This document shows, piece by piece, positions 19,489 through 29,596 of a stretch of 64,000 nt of DNA. The translations under genes were made by a program, and so were the position numbers. The stretch is taken from positions 317,756 through 381,755 of the forward strand of contig JAEOUA010000012.1 in NCBI GenBank assembly GCA_016839555.1. The letters run 5' to 3'. The stretch is from Promethearchaeota archaeon. GTDB taxonomy: Archaea > Asgardarchaeota > Lokiarchaeia > Sigyniarchaeales > SOKP01. Within the stretch, counting starts at the first letter, position 1, and each line of letters opens with the position of its first letter. The notes beneath the pieces are model-generated. The model was given only the letters and a program-made list of their open reading frames with translations, did no database searches and was not told where the DNA came from.

Positions 19489-21714
19489 TTATCTATATAA
19501 TTCTTCTGATGGTTCTTTTGCTACACTGTCATATACTTTCTGTGCTTTTTTCGCACCTTTTAATACTTTATCCATTGCTTGCCGAAAATCATCTGGTCCA
19601 ATTTTTATAGCTTTTAGATTTTCTTCAGTATGAGTATCTAAGGCGGGATCAGCAATTGCTTTTCTTATTCTAATCAAAGTTGCCTCTTCGCATATTGCAG
19701 CAATATCTGCTCCCGTAAATCCATCTAATTCTTTTGCCATATTTTCTATTGAAATACTCTCTTTTAAGGGCTTCCCTCTTAGATGTATTTTAAATATTTC
19801 TTTTCTTGCTTTTTCATCGGGCATCGGAATCTCAATATGTTTTCCAAATCTTCCTGAACGCAATAATGCGGGATCTAACATGTCCGCACGATTAGTTGCT
19901 GCTAATAAGATTACATCTTTTAAACCCTCAAGGCCATCCATTTCAGTTAATAATTGAGAGACAACTTGTTCCATAACACTAGATCCGATGTTTCGACCGC
20001 GCACACCAGCAATCGCATCGATTTCATCAAAGAAAATTATACATGGAGCTGCTGAACGTGCCTTTCTGAAAGTTTCTCTCACTGCTTTTTCGCTCTCTCC
20101 CACCCATTTGGATAAAAACTCTGGACCTTTAACAGAAATAAAATTTACTTCACTTTCATTTGCTAATGCCTTAGCGATCAAAGTCTTACCTGTTCCTGGT
20201 CTTCCATATAACATGATTCCATTAGGTGGCTTGGATTTTAAATGTTTATATAATTCAGGATATTTTAATGGCCATTCAACAACTTCCCTTAACTCATCTA
20301 TTACTTCATTTAAGCCTCCTATATCATCCCAAGTCTCACTAGGCTGAGTTATTAATACTTCTCTTAATGCTGAAGGTTCAATTCCAAGTAATGCTTCTTG
20401 AAAATTTTCATTTGTTATTTTTAATCTCATTAATACTTCCTGTGGAATGGGTTTATCTAAATCAAGACTAGGTAATATCTCTCGAATTGCTAACATTGCT
20501 GCCTCTTTCGCGAGCGCTTGAAGATCAGCCCCGACAAATCCATGCGTTTTTTCAGCAATTTGTCGTAGATCTACATCCTCATGATGAGGCATTCCACGTG
20601 TGTGAATTAAAAGTATTTCATATCTTCCTTCTGTGTCTGGGACACCTAATTCAATCTCTCTGTCAAATCGACCAGGCCTTCTCAATGCAGTGTCAACATC
20701 ATTTACTCTATTGGTAGCTGCTATTACTATTATTTTACCTCGGGCTTCTAATCCATCCATAAGCGATAATAATTGAGCCACAACTCTTCGCTCTACCTCA
20801 CCAGTAACTTCTGCTCGTTTGGGCGCTATTGAATCTAATTCGTCAATAAAAATTATAGAAGGAGCATTTTCTTTCGCTTCTTCAAATACTTTCCGTAAAT
20901 TTTCTTCACTTTGCCCATAAAATTTGCTCATTATTTCCGGGCCACTTATCGTAATAAAATGAGCATCGGTTTCATATGCTACTGCACGAGCTAATAGAGT
21001 TTTTCCTGTTCCTGGTGGACCATGAAGTAATACTCCTTTTGGAGGATCAATTCCTATTCGTTTAAAAATTTCTGGATGCTTAATTGGTAATTCTATCATT
21101 TCTCTAATTTTTTGAATTTCATCTGCTAGTCCTCCAATATCCTCATAGGTTACCCTAGCATTTTCAAGTTCTATTAATTCTTTATGACTCTTTTCACTTA
21201 AGATAATTTCTGTATCTAAATGAATCCTCACCGCATCTGCTTTAGGACTAAATCTTACAACAATCAAATCTACTCGTCGACCATAGGCATAAAAACTTAA
21301 AATATCATTCTTTGTAATGACTCTATTTTCTAATTTATTTGCTAATTGTTGGGAATTCCTTAGAATTACGGCCTCTTCTAATCCGGCAAATACAACTATT
21401 TTTGCAAGAGCCGCATCTATCTTTCGAATCACTACAATATCATCTATCGAAGCTTTCAGATTTCTTCTTAGTGATGCATCCATCCTTATGATATTTGTCT
21501 CACTATCCTCAGCTTTTCCAGGATATAATAATGCAGCAGTACTTTCTAAAGTTTGAGGATGATTAATTTCTATAACATCTCCAGTTTTCCACCCTTGGAG
21601 ATCTACAAGCGCCGGATCAATTCTTACTCTTCCTCGACCTGCATCTTGCTTGAAGGCATCTTTTACACGGACTTTTCTGCCTGAGCGCCCTCCCGCTTCA
21701 GCCATCTCACTCAT
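19489..21714 (-). CDS. cdc48: CDC48/p97/VAT family AAA+ ATPase
   Basis: N-domain plus two AAA modules: [21 protein letters not shown]; and [20 protein letters not shown]. Confidence 0.97.
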   Translation of the reverse strand: MSEMAEAGGRSGRKVRVKDAFKQDAGRGRVRIDPALVDLQGWKTGDVIEINHPQTLESTAALLYPGKAEDSETNIIRMDASLRRNLKASIDDIVVIRKIDAALAKIVVFAGLEEAVILRNSQQLANKLENRVITKNDILSFYAYGRRVDLIVVRFSPKADAVRIHLDTEIILSEKSHKELIELENARVTYEDIGGLADEIQKIREMIELPIKHPEIFKRIGIDPPKGVLLHGPPGTGKTLLARAVAYETDAHFITISGPEIMSKFYGQSEENLRKVFEEAKENAPSIIFIDELDSIAPKRAEVTGEVERRVVAQLLSLMDGLEARGKIIVIAATNRVNDVDTALRRPGRFDREIELGVPDTEGRYEILLIHTRGMPHHEDVDLRQIAEKTHGFVGADLQALAKEAAMLAIREILPSLDLDKPIPQEVLMRLKITNENFQEALLGIEPSALREVLITQPSETWDDIGGLNEVIDELREVVEWPLKYPELYKHLKSKPPNGIMLYGRPGTGKTLIAKALANESEVNFISVKGPEFLSKWVGESEKAVRETFRKARSAAPCIIFFDEIDAIAGVRGRNIGSSVMEQVVSQLLTEMDGLEGLKDVILLAATNRADMLDPALLRSGRFGKHIEIPMPDEKARKEIFKIHLRGKPLKESISIENMAKELDGFTGADIAAICEEATLIRIRKAIADPALDTHTEENLKAIKIGPDDFRQAMDKVLKGAKKAQKVYDSVAKEPSEELYR

Positions 21715-21769
21715 ATTTTTTATCCTTTTGTTTATTTATATTATTAATATTAAAATTTTATAATTAAAT

Positions 21770-22417
21770 CTATTTCTTTTTACATTTAAAGAACACTATT
21801 CCATTATTTATCTCTAATGTGTCGTTTAATATTGAACTCTTACAAGGTAATTGAATTATTTTATTATATCTTTTCTTATCGTTTTCCGCATTGAAATTTA
21901 ATAACTTATTTTGATCATCTAAACTTATGAAAATATCACTCTCTTTAATTCCTGGAGCCTCTATTATTACTTCGAATTTATCATCCAAATCGATTAATTC
22001 GACATTTGGTTCAGTAAATTCTTTTTTATCCGAATTTCCTTGAGGCTCTTTTAATGATAGGTTTTTTGCATCTACAATTTTTTGAGGATTTTCTTGATTT
22101 ATGTTTGATTGAAATAATTTATTAAAATTTGGATGGGGTCCCCCAATAAATTTCATTCGTTTTAAATAATCTTCCAGTTTATCTTTATTAAAATTACCGT
22201 GAATTTTTATATCTGGCTTATCCATGCCCTTTTCATAATGATAGGAAATCTTAAAGCCTTTATCCTCTGGATCCAACCCAAATTTCTCTCCTAATCCACT
22301 ACTAGGGAAAATATAAAATTCGGCATCAAATACATCTGAATCTATATTGAATTTATTCTTAATTCTCTCTATAAATTCATCGTATTCATCATCATCTTCA
22401 TCAAACTCATCAGACAT
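21770..22417 (-). CDS. Hsp20/alpha-crystallin family small heat-shock protein
   Basis: C-terminal EPNVELIDLDDKFEVIIEAPGI...YNKIIQLP...INNGIV and an acidic N-terminus. Lies upstream of cdc48. Confidence 0.8.
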   Translation of the reverse strand: MSDEFDEDDDEYDEFIERIKNKFNIDSDVFDAEFYIFPSSGLGEKFGLDPEDKGFKISYHYEKGMDKPDIKIHGNFNKDKLEDYLKRMKFIGGPHPNFNKLFQSNINQENPQKIVDAKNLSLKEPQGNSDKKEFTEPNVELIDLDDKFEVIIEAPGIKESDIFISLDDQNKLLNFNAENDKKRYNKIIQLPCKSSILNDTLEINNGIVFFKCKKK

Positions 22418-22450
22418 ATCTTACACCTTTTTTTAAAAAATATTATATTA

Positions 22451-22485
22451 TGTCAATAAATACTTTACAACTCAAGATTTATAAA
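22451..22485 (-). promoter_or_regulatory. TATA box and candidate repressor operator of the hsp20-cdc48 operon
   Basis: TTTATAAA at 22478-22485. Imperfect palindrome TGTCAA-N7-TTTACA (22451-22469) spans the expected transcription start. AGGTG Shine-Dalgarno lies before the ATG. Confidence 0.5.
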
Positions 22486-22656
22486 TCGATTTTACTATTT
22501 AAATATTACCTTCAACTTTTATAAGAAAATATATACTTTTATTTATGCTTAACAAGCTACAAAAGAACTCCAACATACACATAAAAAACCTCCTTTTAAT
22601 GATTTGAGTTTTCATATATTTTTTATTTTTAACCAATTTTTATGATCTGTTTAAAG

Positions 22657-24639
22657 TTATTCATAATATTTTTTTATTAAATCTAAAATCTCGGATCTTC
22701 TTAGATTGAAGAGTCTGAAAAATAATATATCTATAAGCTTCTTTACTTGAATTTGATCTTTATTTTCAATCATAGGTTCTAAACTAAACTTCTCTCCAGA
22801 AAGCTCATTCTCTAAAATATTTTCTGCGGGCTCTAATTTATTTAATATTAATTTACTAAAGGAATTATTATTTTCTTGTTCCGAGTAATTATTCCATATA
22901 ATCAATAATGAACTAAGGTATTCGATAAATGAAATAATGGTCTTTTGATCCTTTGAAGAAAAAATTTCTAAATTCGGAATAGGCAAATTATTTTCTAATT
23001 TGGTTTTACTTCTTTTTATTGTTATATTTTTTGCTCTATATAAAAAATAAACGAGTTGTGAGTTTAAATACGCTAAGAGAAAGAAATAATTAATCTTTTT
23101 TTCGGGTTTTTTAGGCCATAAAAAATATGTATCAGAAGTCGCAAAATAGGAATTTTCTGTAAAGCCAAAAATATTAGAATTGGAAATATAGGGGAAAAAA
23201 ATCTTTTTCTTTTTTTCATAGAAGGATTCAAGATCTACCAATTTTTTTTCTTTTTTATTAAACATTTTTATTCTATCTCCTCTTCGTGGAAAAAATATCC
23301 ATGAAGGATTTTCTTTCGCGTTGATTAATCTTTCCTGTAATACTTTTTTAAACTGTTGTAAATATTTTGTAAGATTAGGGTAGTTATTTGAAAAATAGAG
23401 ATCAATCTCTTTATCTGATTTATGAATTATCTCATATTTATTGAAATAAATTACGTATCCTACAAATTCTTCTTTATCATACCCATATTTCTTTATGGCA
23501 CTACTTTTATATAATTTTTTTAATCGCTGTTTTTCACTTTCTAATAATTTCACATATTTTTCATCAATTTTAATATAGTACTCGTTATTCTCTATTTTAA
23601 TTTGTTTTCCTTCCTTTAGGACAAATATCTCATCTGTAATGAAAATTAATCCATTTCTAATAAGAAAATAATCTTTTAAATAAGAAATATTCCCATTTTT
23701 AACACAAAACATTTCAATCTGGTTCACAATTTTTTTTATATGTGTTGGATAAAGTAAATTCCATGATTGATTATGTTTTAAATTATTATTTGTCAAGGCA
23801 GAAAAATATGTTGTATAATATGGAGATGGACGATGGTTTATGATTTTTTTTGTAATATTTTGATTATATTCCAAATTTGTGTTAAATAAATCTTGTTTTT
23901 CCTCTATTTGAATTATATTAATAGATTTATTTTCATGGGCTTGTATCTCTTGTTGATTTTTTTTCTGTAGAATAAAAATGCAATTATGTTGTCCTAGTGC
24001 ATTTTCGAAAATTAGGAGATTCGATAAATCAATATATTCAAGTAAAAGACATTGATTTAGCACATGGGGCTTCAAATATTTAATACCAGTCTTTTCTGAT
24101 TTTGTTATCCAGTAGTTGGTGGTAATATATGATAATAATCCTCCTGGGCTTAATTTTTTTATTCCCATATGAATAAAATAATAAAAAATATCCATATTTC
24201 CAACGAAATATTTCTTGCAAATATCAAATTCTTGTACATATTGTTGAAATAGAGATGAATTATAATTCTGCCCTAAATAAGGGGGATTTCCAATAATAAT
24301 ATCAAATTTTTCCTTAGTATCCGCTCCCAGAAAATTCTTAAATTTAAAATTTACCTTAGGAAATTTTTTGAGTAAGAAAGGTTTAAAAGATTCATCTAAT
24401 TCATAAGCGGTTATATTGGAAGCTGAAAATCCATACTTGATAAGCCGCTCTAAGAAAGCACCTCTCCCAACACAAGGCTCTAATACCTTAATAGATCCTA
24501 AATCCGGAAAAGTTTTATCTATATTTAAATTCTTGAGATAATGAATTACTCTTGAAATCATTAGATCAGCAATATAGTTTGGAGTAAATATTTGACTTAT
24601 TGATTTATTGGGAGATTCCATCTGTTTTTCAAAATACAT
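22657..24639 (-). CDS. N6-adenine DNA methyltransferase (TaqI/Eco57I-like gamma class)
   Basis: QIFTP, motif I VLEPCVGRGAF, motif IV IGNPPY, LSPGGLLSYIT and a C-terminal LLAYLNS target-recognition tail. Confidence 0.9.
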   Translation of the reverse strand: MYFEKQMESPNKSISQIFTPNYIADLMISRVIHYLKNLNIDKTFPDLGSIKVLEPCVGRGAFLERLIKYGFSASNITAYELDESFKPFLLKKFPKVNFKFKNFLGADTKEKFDIIIGNPPYLGQNYNSSLFQQYVQEFDICKKYFVGNMDIFYYFIHMGIKKLSPGGLLSYITTNYWITKSEKTGIKYLKPHVLNQCLLLEYIDLSNLLIFENALGQHNCIFILQKKNQQEIQAHENKSINIIQIEEKQDLFNTNLEYNQNITKKIINHRPSPYYTTYFSALTNNNLKHNQSWNLLYPTHIKKIVNQIEMFCVKNGNISYLKDYFLIRNGLIFITDEIFVLKEGKQIKIENNEYYIKIDEKYVKLLESEKQRLKKLYKSSAIKKYGYDKEEFVGYVIYFNKYEIIHKSDKEIDLYFSNNYPNLTKYLQQFKKVLQERLINAKENPSWIFFPRRGDRIKMFNKKEKKLVDLESFYEKKKKIFFPYISNSNIFGFTENSYFATSDTYFLWPKKPEKKINYFFLLAYLNSQLVYFLYRAKNITIKRSKTKLENNLPIPNLEIFSSKDQKTIISFIEYLSSLLIIWNNYSEQENNNSFSKLILNKLEPAENILENELSGEKFSLEPMIENKDQIQVKKLIDILFFRLFNLRRSEILDLIKKYYE

Positions 24640-24804
24640 CTAAGAGAGCTTTTATATTTTATGTTAATTAGAAATGAGTTCCTTATAAATAATTTACTAT
24701 TTCCTTCACTAAAATATATTCTATATTAAAATACTAATAAACATCCTTTTTTTCAAATTTAGAAAAAGGAAAAAATTTAGAAAAATAAAAAACAACTAAA
24801 AAGT

Positions 24805-26322
24805 TCATTCATGATGATGATGCTTATGCTTGATATTTACTGGTTGTAAATTGCCGATAGCCCATCCTGTGACCTCATTTAAGGAGGGGTGAATCACCAT
24901 CGAGTCATAGATTGGCATAAAAGAACCAGCATCAGGGCATGCCCGCTCTAATTTTGGTATTGCTTCAGGAGGCTCCGATTCTGGAAATTGACATGAGTAT
25001 CCCGAATTCATTAAATATACAAAAGGTTGAATAAGGATGGCAGCATGAGGACCTATAATATTAGCGCCTAAAATTTTGTAGGATTTATCAACAACTAATT
25101 TTACTAATCCATTTTCAATATCATCTTTTGTGATTCCCATCGCAAATCCTTTCGCAACAGAAGAATATCTTTTTTTAGCAACAAAAATCTCATATCCTTT
25201 CTCAATGGCTTCTTGTTCCGTCATTCCAACGTGTCCAATTTGAGGATAACTAAAAATTGCCCAGGGAACTGCTGAATAATCTACACTCCGTTTTTGATCT
25301 GAGGGACCAAAAATATTATAAGTCACCAGTTCCGATTCATAATTTCCTTTATGGCGAAATTGATACTTTCCACTATTGGCATCACCAATACACCAAATAT
25401 TTTCCTTAGATGTCTCTAAATACTCATTAGTTTTAATCCAGCCCTTTTCATCGAGTTCTATTCCTGTTTTTTCAACTTTCAAGAGATCGGCATTTGATCT
25501 TCGCCCCGTTGCAATTAATATTTCTTCCGCACTGACTCCTTGTTCCTCCTCTGAATGTGTGTCTTGAATGATAACTACCTTTTTTCCCTTTTTATTTTTT
25601 ACTTCCACGGCTCTTTTATTAAGCAATATATTCATATGTTTCTTAAAATTGGTTTCTAAAATCCTACTCACTTCTGGTTCTTCGGTCGAGACTAAACGAG
25701 GAAGCATTTCTATAATAGTCACCTTGGTACCTAGTGCTGAAAAAATATGGGCAAATTCAGCGGCAATAATCCCTCCTCCAATTATTATTAAGCTTTTCCA
25801 AGGGTTTTTGGGAAATTTTTCACCGAAAAAGGTCTCACTAGTAATATAATCGATTTCTTCAATCCCTTTTATAGGAGGTATAAAGGATCGAGCTCCTGAG
25901 GCAATTAAAAACCTTTCACTTTTAAATTCTGCCATCTTTTTATCATCTGAATTGAGAATTTGCATTTGATATTCACCGGTAAACTCCCCTCTTCCCCGAT
26001 ATAATCTTAAATTTGGAACCTGAGATAAACCCTTTTCCATTTCTTTTGATTCATTAATTTGACTCCACATTCTTTCAGAGATCAGATCCCAATCGATACC
26101 TTTTATCTGAAATTGAACTCCCACATTAGATGCATGATTCGCTTCTCTAATGATATCCGCGGGATAAACTAATACTTTTGAAGGGATACAGCCTCGCGTT
26201 AAACAAGTCCCTCCGATTTTGTCATTTTCGACTAAAGCACATTTTAAATTCATGTTAAGAGCTGTGTTTAACACATTTAAACCTACTCCACTACCTATAA
26301 CAACAAAGTCATATTCGTCCAT
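24805..26322 (-). CDS. Pyridine nucleotide-disulfide oxidoreductase (dihydrolipoamide dehydrogenase-like)
   Basis: GGTCLTRGCIPSK redox disulfide, GGGIIAAE, ATGRR, IGD, and the IHPSLNE His-Glu dyad. Confidence 0.9.
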   Translation of the reverse strand: MDEYDFVVIGSGVGLNVLNTALNMNLKCALVENDKIGGTCLTRGCIPSKVLVYPADIIREANHASNVGVQFQIKGIDWDLISERMWSQINESKEMEKGLSQVPNLRLYRGRGEFTGEYQMQILNSDDKKMAEFKSERFLIASGARSFIPPIKGIEEIDYITSETFFGEKFPKNPWKSLIIIGGGIIAAEFAHIFSALGTKVTIIEMLPRLVSTEEPEVSRILETNFKKHMNILLNKRAVEVKNKKGKKVVIIQDTHSEEEQGVSAEEILIATGRRSNADLLKVEKTGIELDEKGWIKTNEYLETSKENIWCIGDANSGKYQFRHKGNYESELVTYNIFGPSDQKRSVDYSAVPWAIFSYPQIGHVGMTEQEAIEKGYEIFVAKKRYSSVAKGFAMGITKDDIENGLVKLVVDKSYKILGANIIGPHAAILIQPFVYLMNSGYSCQFPESEPPEAIPKLERACPDAGSFMPIYDSMVIHPSLNEVTGWAIGNLQPVNIKHKHHHHE

Positions 26323-26534
26323 AATATAATAGCGATTTATACTATTTTTAAAGTTTATACTAATAATATAAAAAAAACGAATAACACTTTTCCTTTTAAT
26401 CTTATAATAGTATATTAATTAGTCAATTAAGACTTAGAAAAAGATTAAATAATCACATATAATAAATTAAATTTCATTAAAGGAAAAAAAGGAAAAAAAA
26501 AGTTTAATTTTTTAATCCTATTATTTTTATTGCA

Positions 26535-27458
26535 TTAATTTGACGCTTCGATTATAGATTTGAGTTTGGGAAATATTGCAGGATAATGCACAGCCATGCA
26601 ATGAATTCCATCAAGTAGCCCCTTTCTTCTCAATTCTGTAATGAATGGTTTGAAAAATTCATAATTAGCTTGGGCATATGCGTCTTTTTGCTCCTTTTTG
26701 TCCGTTATTTCTTTCTTTATTGATTTCCATTGAGCTAAAATATCTGGTGGAACACTTACTCCTGGAACAAACTCATCAAAACCTTTCGCAATTCCATAAC
26801 TTTTCATCGGAAAAATCCCAAGCAATACAGGTACTTTATACTTTCTTATTTCCGTGAGAAATTCTATGGTTCTCTCAAGATCATATACTACTTGAGTTTG
26901 CAAGAATTCCGCACCTGCTTCTGCTTTTCTTCCAATTTTTAGAACTTCTGCTCCCATAGGATCTGCATTTGGATTCGCAGCAGCCCCCACATGAAGTGTT
27001 GGAGGGCATTCAATCTCTTTTCCATTTATAGAACCCTTATCAACCATTTCCCTAACGAGACTACATAAAGTAGCAGAATCTAAATCAAATACAGGTTTTG
27101 ATTCGGGCATGTCGCCCATTGCTGGATGATCACCGGTAAGGGAGAGAACATTTCTAATTCCTAATGCATGAGCGCCCATAATCATTCCCGCAATCCCTAA
27201 TTTATTAACATCCCTTACCGTTAATTGCCAAATACATTCTAAATTTGCCTCTTTTTGAATGATATGAGTTGCTGCCATAGAGTTAATCGTGACAATACCC
27301 AATGGTGAATCAGTAACATTTGCCCCCACAACATAAGGCGCCATTTCCCTAGCTTCTTGAATTGTATGGGAAAGGTCGCAGGTCTTCTCAGGCTCAAGCT
27401 CACCTGTAAGGATGAACTCTCCTTTTTCTAACATTTCTCCTAATTTTGAATACGCCAT
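26535..27458 (-). CDS. metF: Methylenetetrahydrofolate reductase, catalytic subunit (copy 1)
   Basis: ANVTD, QLTVRDVN, LTGDHP, VFDLDS, KAEAGAEFLQTQ, VPGVSVP and GIHCMA motifs. Confidence 0.9.
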   Translation of the reverse strand: MAYSKLGEMLEKGEFILTGELEPEKTCDLSHTIQEAREMAPYVVGANVTDSPLGIVTINSMAATHIIQKEANLECIWQLTVRDVNKLGIAGMIMGAHALGIRNVLSLTGDHPAMGDMPESKPVFDLDSATLCSLVREMVDKGSINGKEIECPPTLHVGAAANPNADPMGAEVLKIGRKAEAGAEFLQTQVVYDLERTIEFLTEIRKYKVPVLLGIFPMKSYGIAKGFDEFVPGVSVPPDILAQWKSIKKEITDKKEQKDAYAQANYEFFKPFITELRRKGLLDGIHCMAVHYPAIFPKLKSIIEASN

Positions 27459-27472
27459 TTTTTTTAATCACC

Positions 27473-28144
27473 TCATCTAAAAACAACTTCTCTTTGATGA
27501 CCAGATTCACTCCAATCCCGTGGAGGTCGTAATTTTGCAAATAAATCAAGCCTTCCCAAATCTTTTAGTCGATTATATATCAGAACCCAACCACAATCTT
27601 TTTCATAATTGCCCACTTCACATTTACCTTCAACCATGCCACCACATGGGCCGTTCATGAGCGCCTTCGCACAGGTGGTAATTGGACAAATTCCTCCGGT
27701 CTCATTAAGCAAACAATCCCCACATCCTTGACAGCGCATATAAAATCGGCCGATCCGTTCTGTCATTCCCATAAACTCCGTATTATTAGGAATTATTACC
27801 GGAATTTCGGGATGTGTTTTTTCTAAAACTTTAATTATGGATTGAACTCCAAGTCCACAGCTTAAAGTTAAAATTGCATCTGCTTGAGCGAGCTCATCTT
27901 CAATTTTGCGCAAATCTTTTCTCATTACTCTATTATCACATACATCCTCGCTCACTATGCCAGTTAGGACTTGAATTCCCTTTTTCTCAAGCTTTTCAGT
28001 CCATTCTTCTAAACCTTCGGTACCTCCAGTTTGACAGAGAGCCGCACATACGCCACATGAAACAATAACAGCCTTTTTTACATTATATCTTTCAAGAGCG
28101 TCAAAAACTTCCTCTTCAGGCTTTTTTGTTGTAATTACAACCAT
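27473..28144 (-). CDS. metV: MetV-type MTHFR small subunit (Fe-S/Zn, MTHFR_C family) (copy 1)
   Basis: CGVCAALCQTGG, SCGLGVQ and CQGCGDC...GGICP...CAK...NGPCGG...C...CGW motifs. Directly upstream of metF. Confidence 0.88.
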   Translation of the reverse strand: MVVITTKKPEEEVFDALERYNVKKAVIVSCGVCAALCQTGGTEGLEEWTEKLEKKGIQVLTGIVSEDVCDNRVMRKDLRKIEDELAQADAILTLSCGLGVQSIIKVLEKTHPEIPVIIPNNTEFMGMTERIGRFYMRCQGCGDCLLNETGGICPITTCAKALMNGPCGGMVEGKCEVGNYEKDCGWVLIYNRLKDLGRLDLFAKLRPPRDWSESGHQREVVFR

Positions 28145-28409
28145 GATTTTTTTATACCTTATAAATTTGTATTTTAAAATCTAATATAAAGATGATCAAT
28201 ATTAATAATTTGATTAAGAAAATAATTAACTGCAATTAAGGTTTATTCTTATGGATAGTAACACAAAAATTATAGCTATGAAGAATAAAAAAATTGTCAA
28301 AAAACGATAATAAAATAAACAAAGTTATTTAATTATGAAAATGTCCCAATTTTGTAAAAATTATATTTTAATTATGCTTAACTAGAACTATAATAAAACA
28401 AAATAGATT

Positions 28410-29561
28410 ATGTGTCCAAACTTAACAAATAGGGAAAGGTTTCTAAATACTTTCGCTAGGAAAAAAATTGATCAAATTTGCTATTCTCCCAGGCTATATT
28501 ACTGGTATTTAGGAAATAAACTATATAATAAGAGAAAGCGGCACTTAGAACAGCTAAAATCAAGGATTCCCGAGCGATTTTTGAAGAAGAGTCAATTGGA
28601 AATATATAATATGCTCCATGCTGCCCCGCGATATTCTGCGGAAACATTATATCTTCCTCTTTTCGAAACAGAAGTCGATCCCAAAGCAGGAATAGAGAAA
28701 AAAACAATAAGAGGTTCCAAAGAAAGTGAAACTATTACTAAATACATTACTCCTTTGGGAAATTTAACCCAAACAACGGCAATTGGAGGCGGGCTTGGGA
28801 TTCATTATACCGAATTTCCAATAAAAGATGTCGAAGATATAAAAATTATGAAATATATTTTTGAAAATACAAAATGTGTGTTTAATGAAAAGAACTATAA
28901 AAATGCAAAAGATATGTTAGGGGATAAAGGGGTATTGAGTGATTATTTATTATCCTCTCCATACCAAAAATTAGTCAAGGAATTAATGGGTTTTGTGAGA
29001 ACAACAATTCTCTTAAAGCGTAAACCAGATGAGATGGAAGATTTTTTTATGTTTTTAGAGAAATGGGATGACGATATGTATGAACAAGCTGCCAAGTCTC
29101 CGATATCAATTATAAATTTTGGGGAAAATATCGACTGCAATTTATCTCCGCCCCCTCAATTTGAGAAATATCTCATACCTTATTATGAAAAACGAGTGAA
29201 GCAACTCCATAAAGCTGGAAAATACTGCCATATTCATATGGACGGGTCATTAAAAGATGTGCTCCCATATTTTGCAGACTTACCATTTGATGGATTAGAG
29301 GCATTAACAGCCCATCCGCAGGGAGATGTATCTTTAGAAGAATTACAAGAAGCAATTGGCGATAAAATTTTATTAGATGGGATCCCTTCGATCCTCTTTT
29401 TACCCCAATATTCTAATGATTATGTAAGGGATTATGCTCAAAAAGTCTTAGAACTTTTTTCCCCCAGGCTAATCTTAGGTGTTTCCGATGAATTAAGTCC
29501 AAATGGCGACATTCGCAAAATAGAAATGATTGGCGAAGTAGTCAAGACATTTGAGCCATAA
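28410..29561 (+). CDS. Uroporphyrinogen decarboxylase / MtaA-CmuA methyltransferase superfamily protein
   Basis: MTNRERFL-type start, TPLGNL, FEKYLIPYY, HIHMDG, LLDGIP and ILGVSDEL motifs. Confidence 0.78.
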   Translation: MCPNLTNRERFLNTFARKKIDQICYSPRLYYWYLGNKLYNKRKRHLEQLKSRIPERFLKKSQLEIYNMLHAAPRYSAETLYLPLFETEVDPKAGIEKKTIRGSKESETITKYITPLGNLTQTTAIGGGLGIHYTEFPIKDVEDIKIMKYIFENTKCVFNEKNYKNAKDMLGDKGVLSDYLLSSPYQKLVKELMGFVRTTILLKRKPDEMEDFFMFLEKWDDDMYEQAAKSPISIINFGENIDCNLSPPPQFEKYLIPYYEKRVKQLHKAGKYCHIHMDGSLKDVLPYFADLPFDGLEALTAHPQGDVSLEELQEAIGDKILLDGIPSILFLPQYSNDYVRDYAQKVLELFSPRLILGVSDELSPNGDIRKIEMIGEVVKTFEP

Positions 29562-29596
29562 CAAAACGTTCTCTTTTATTTAAATTCATTTTCTTC

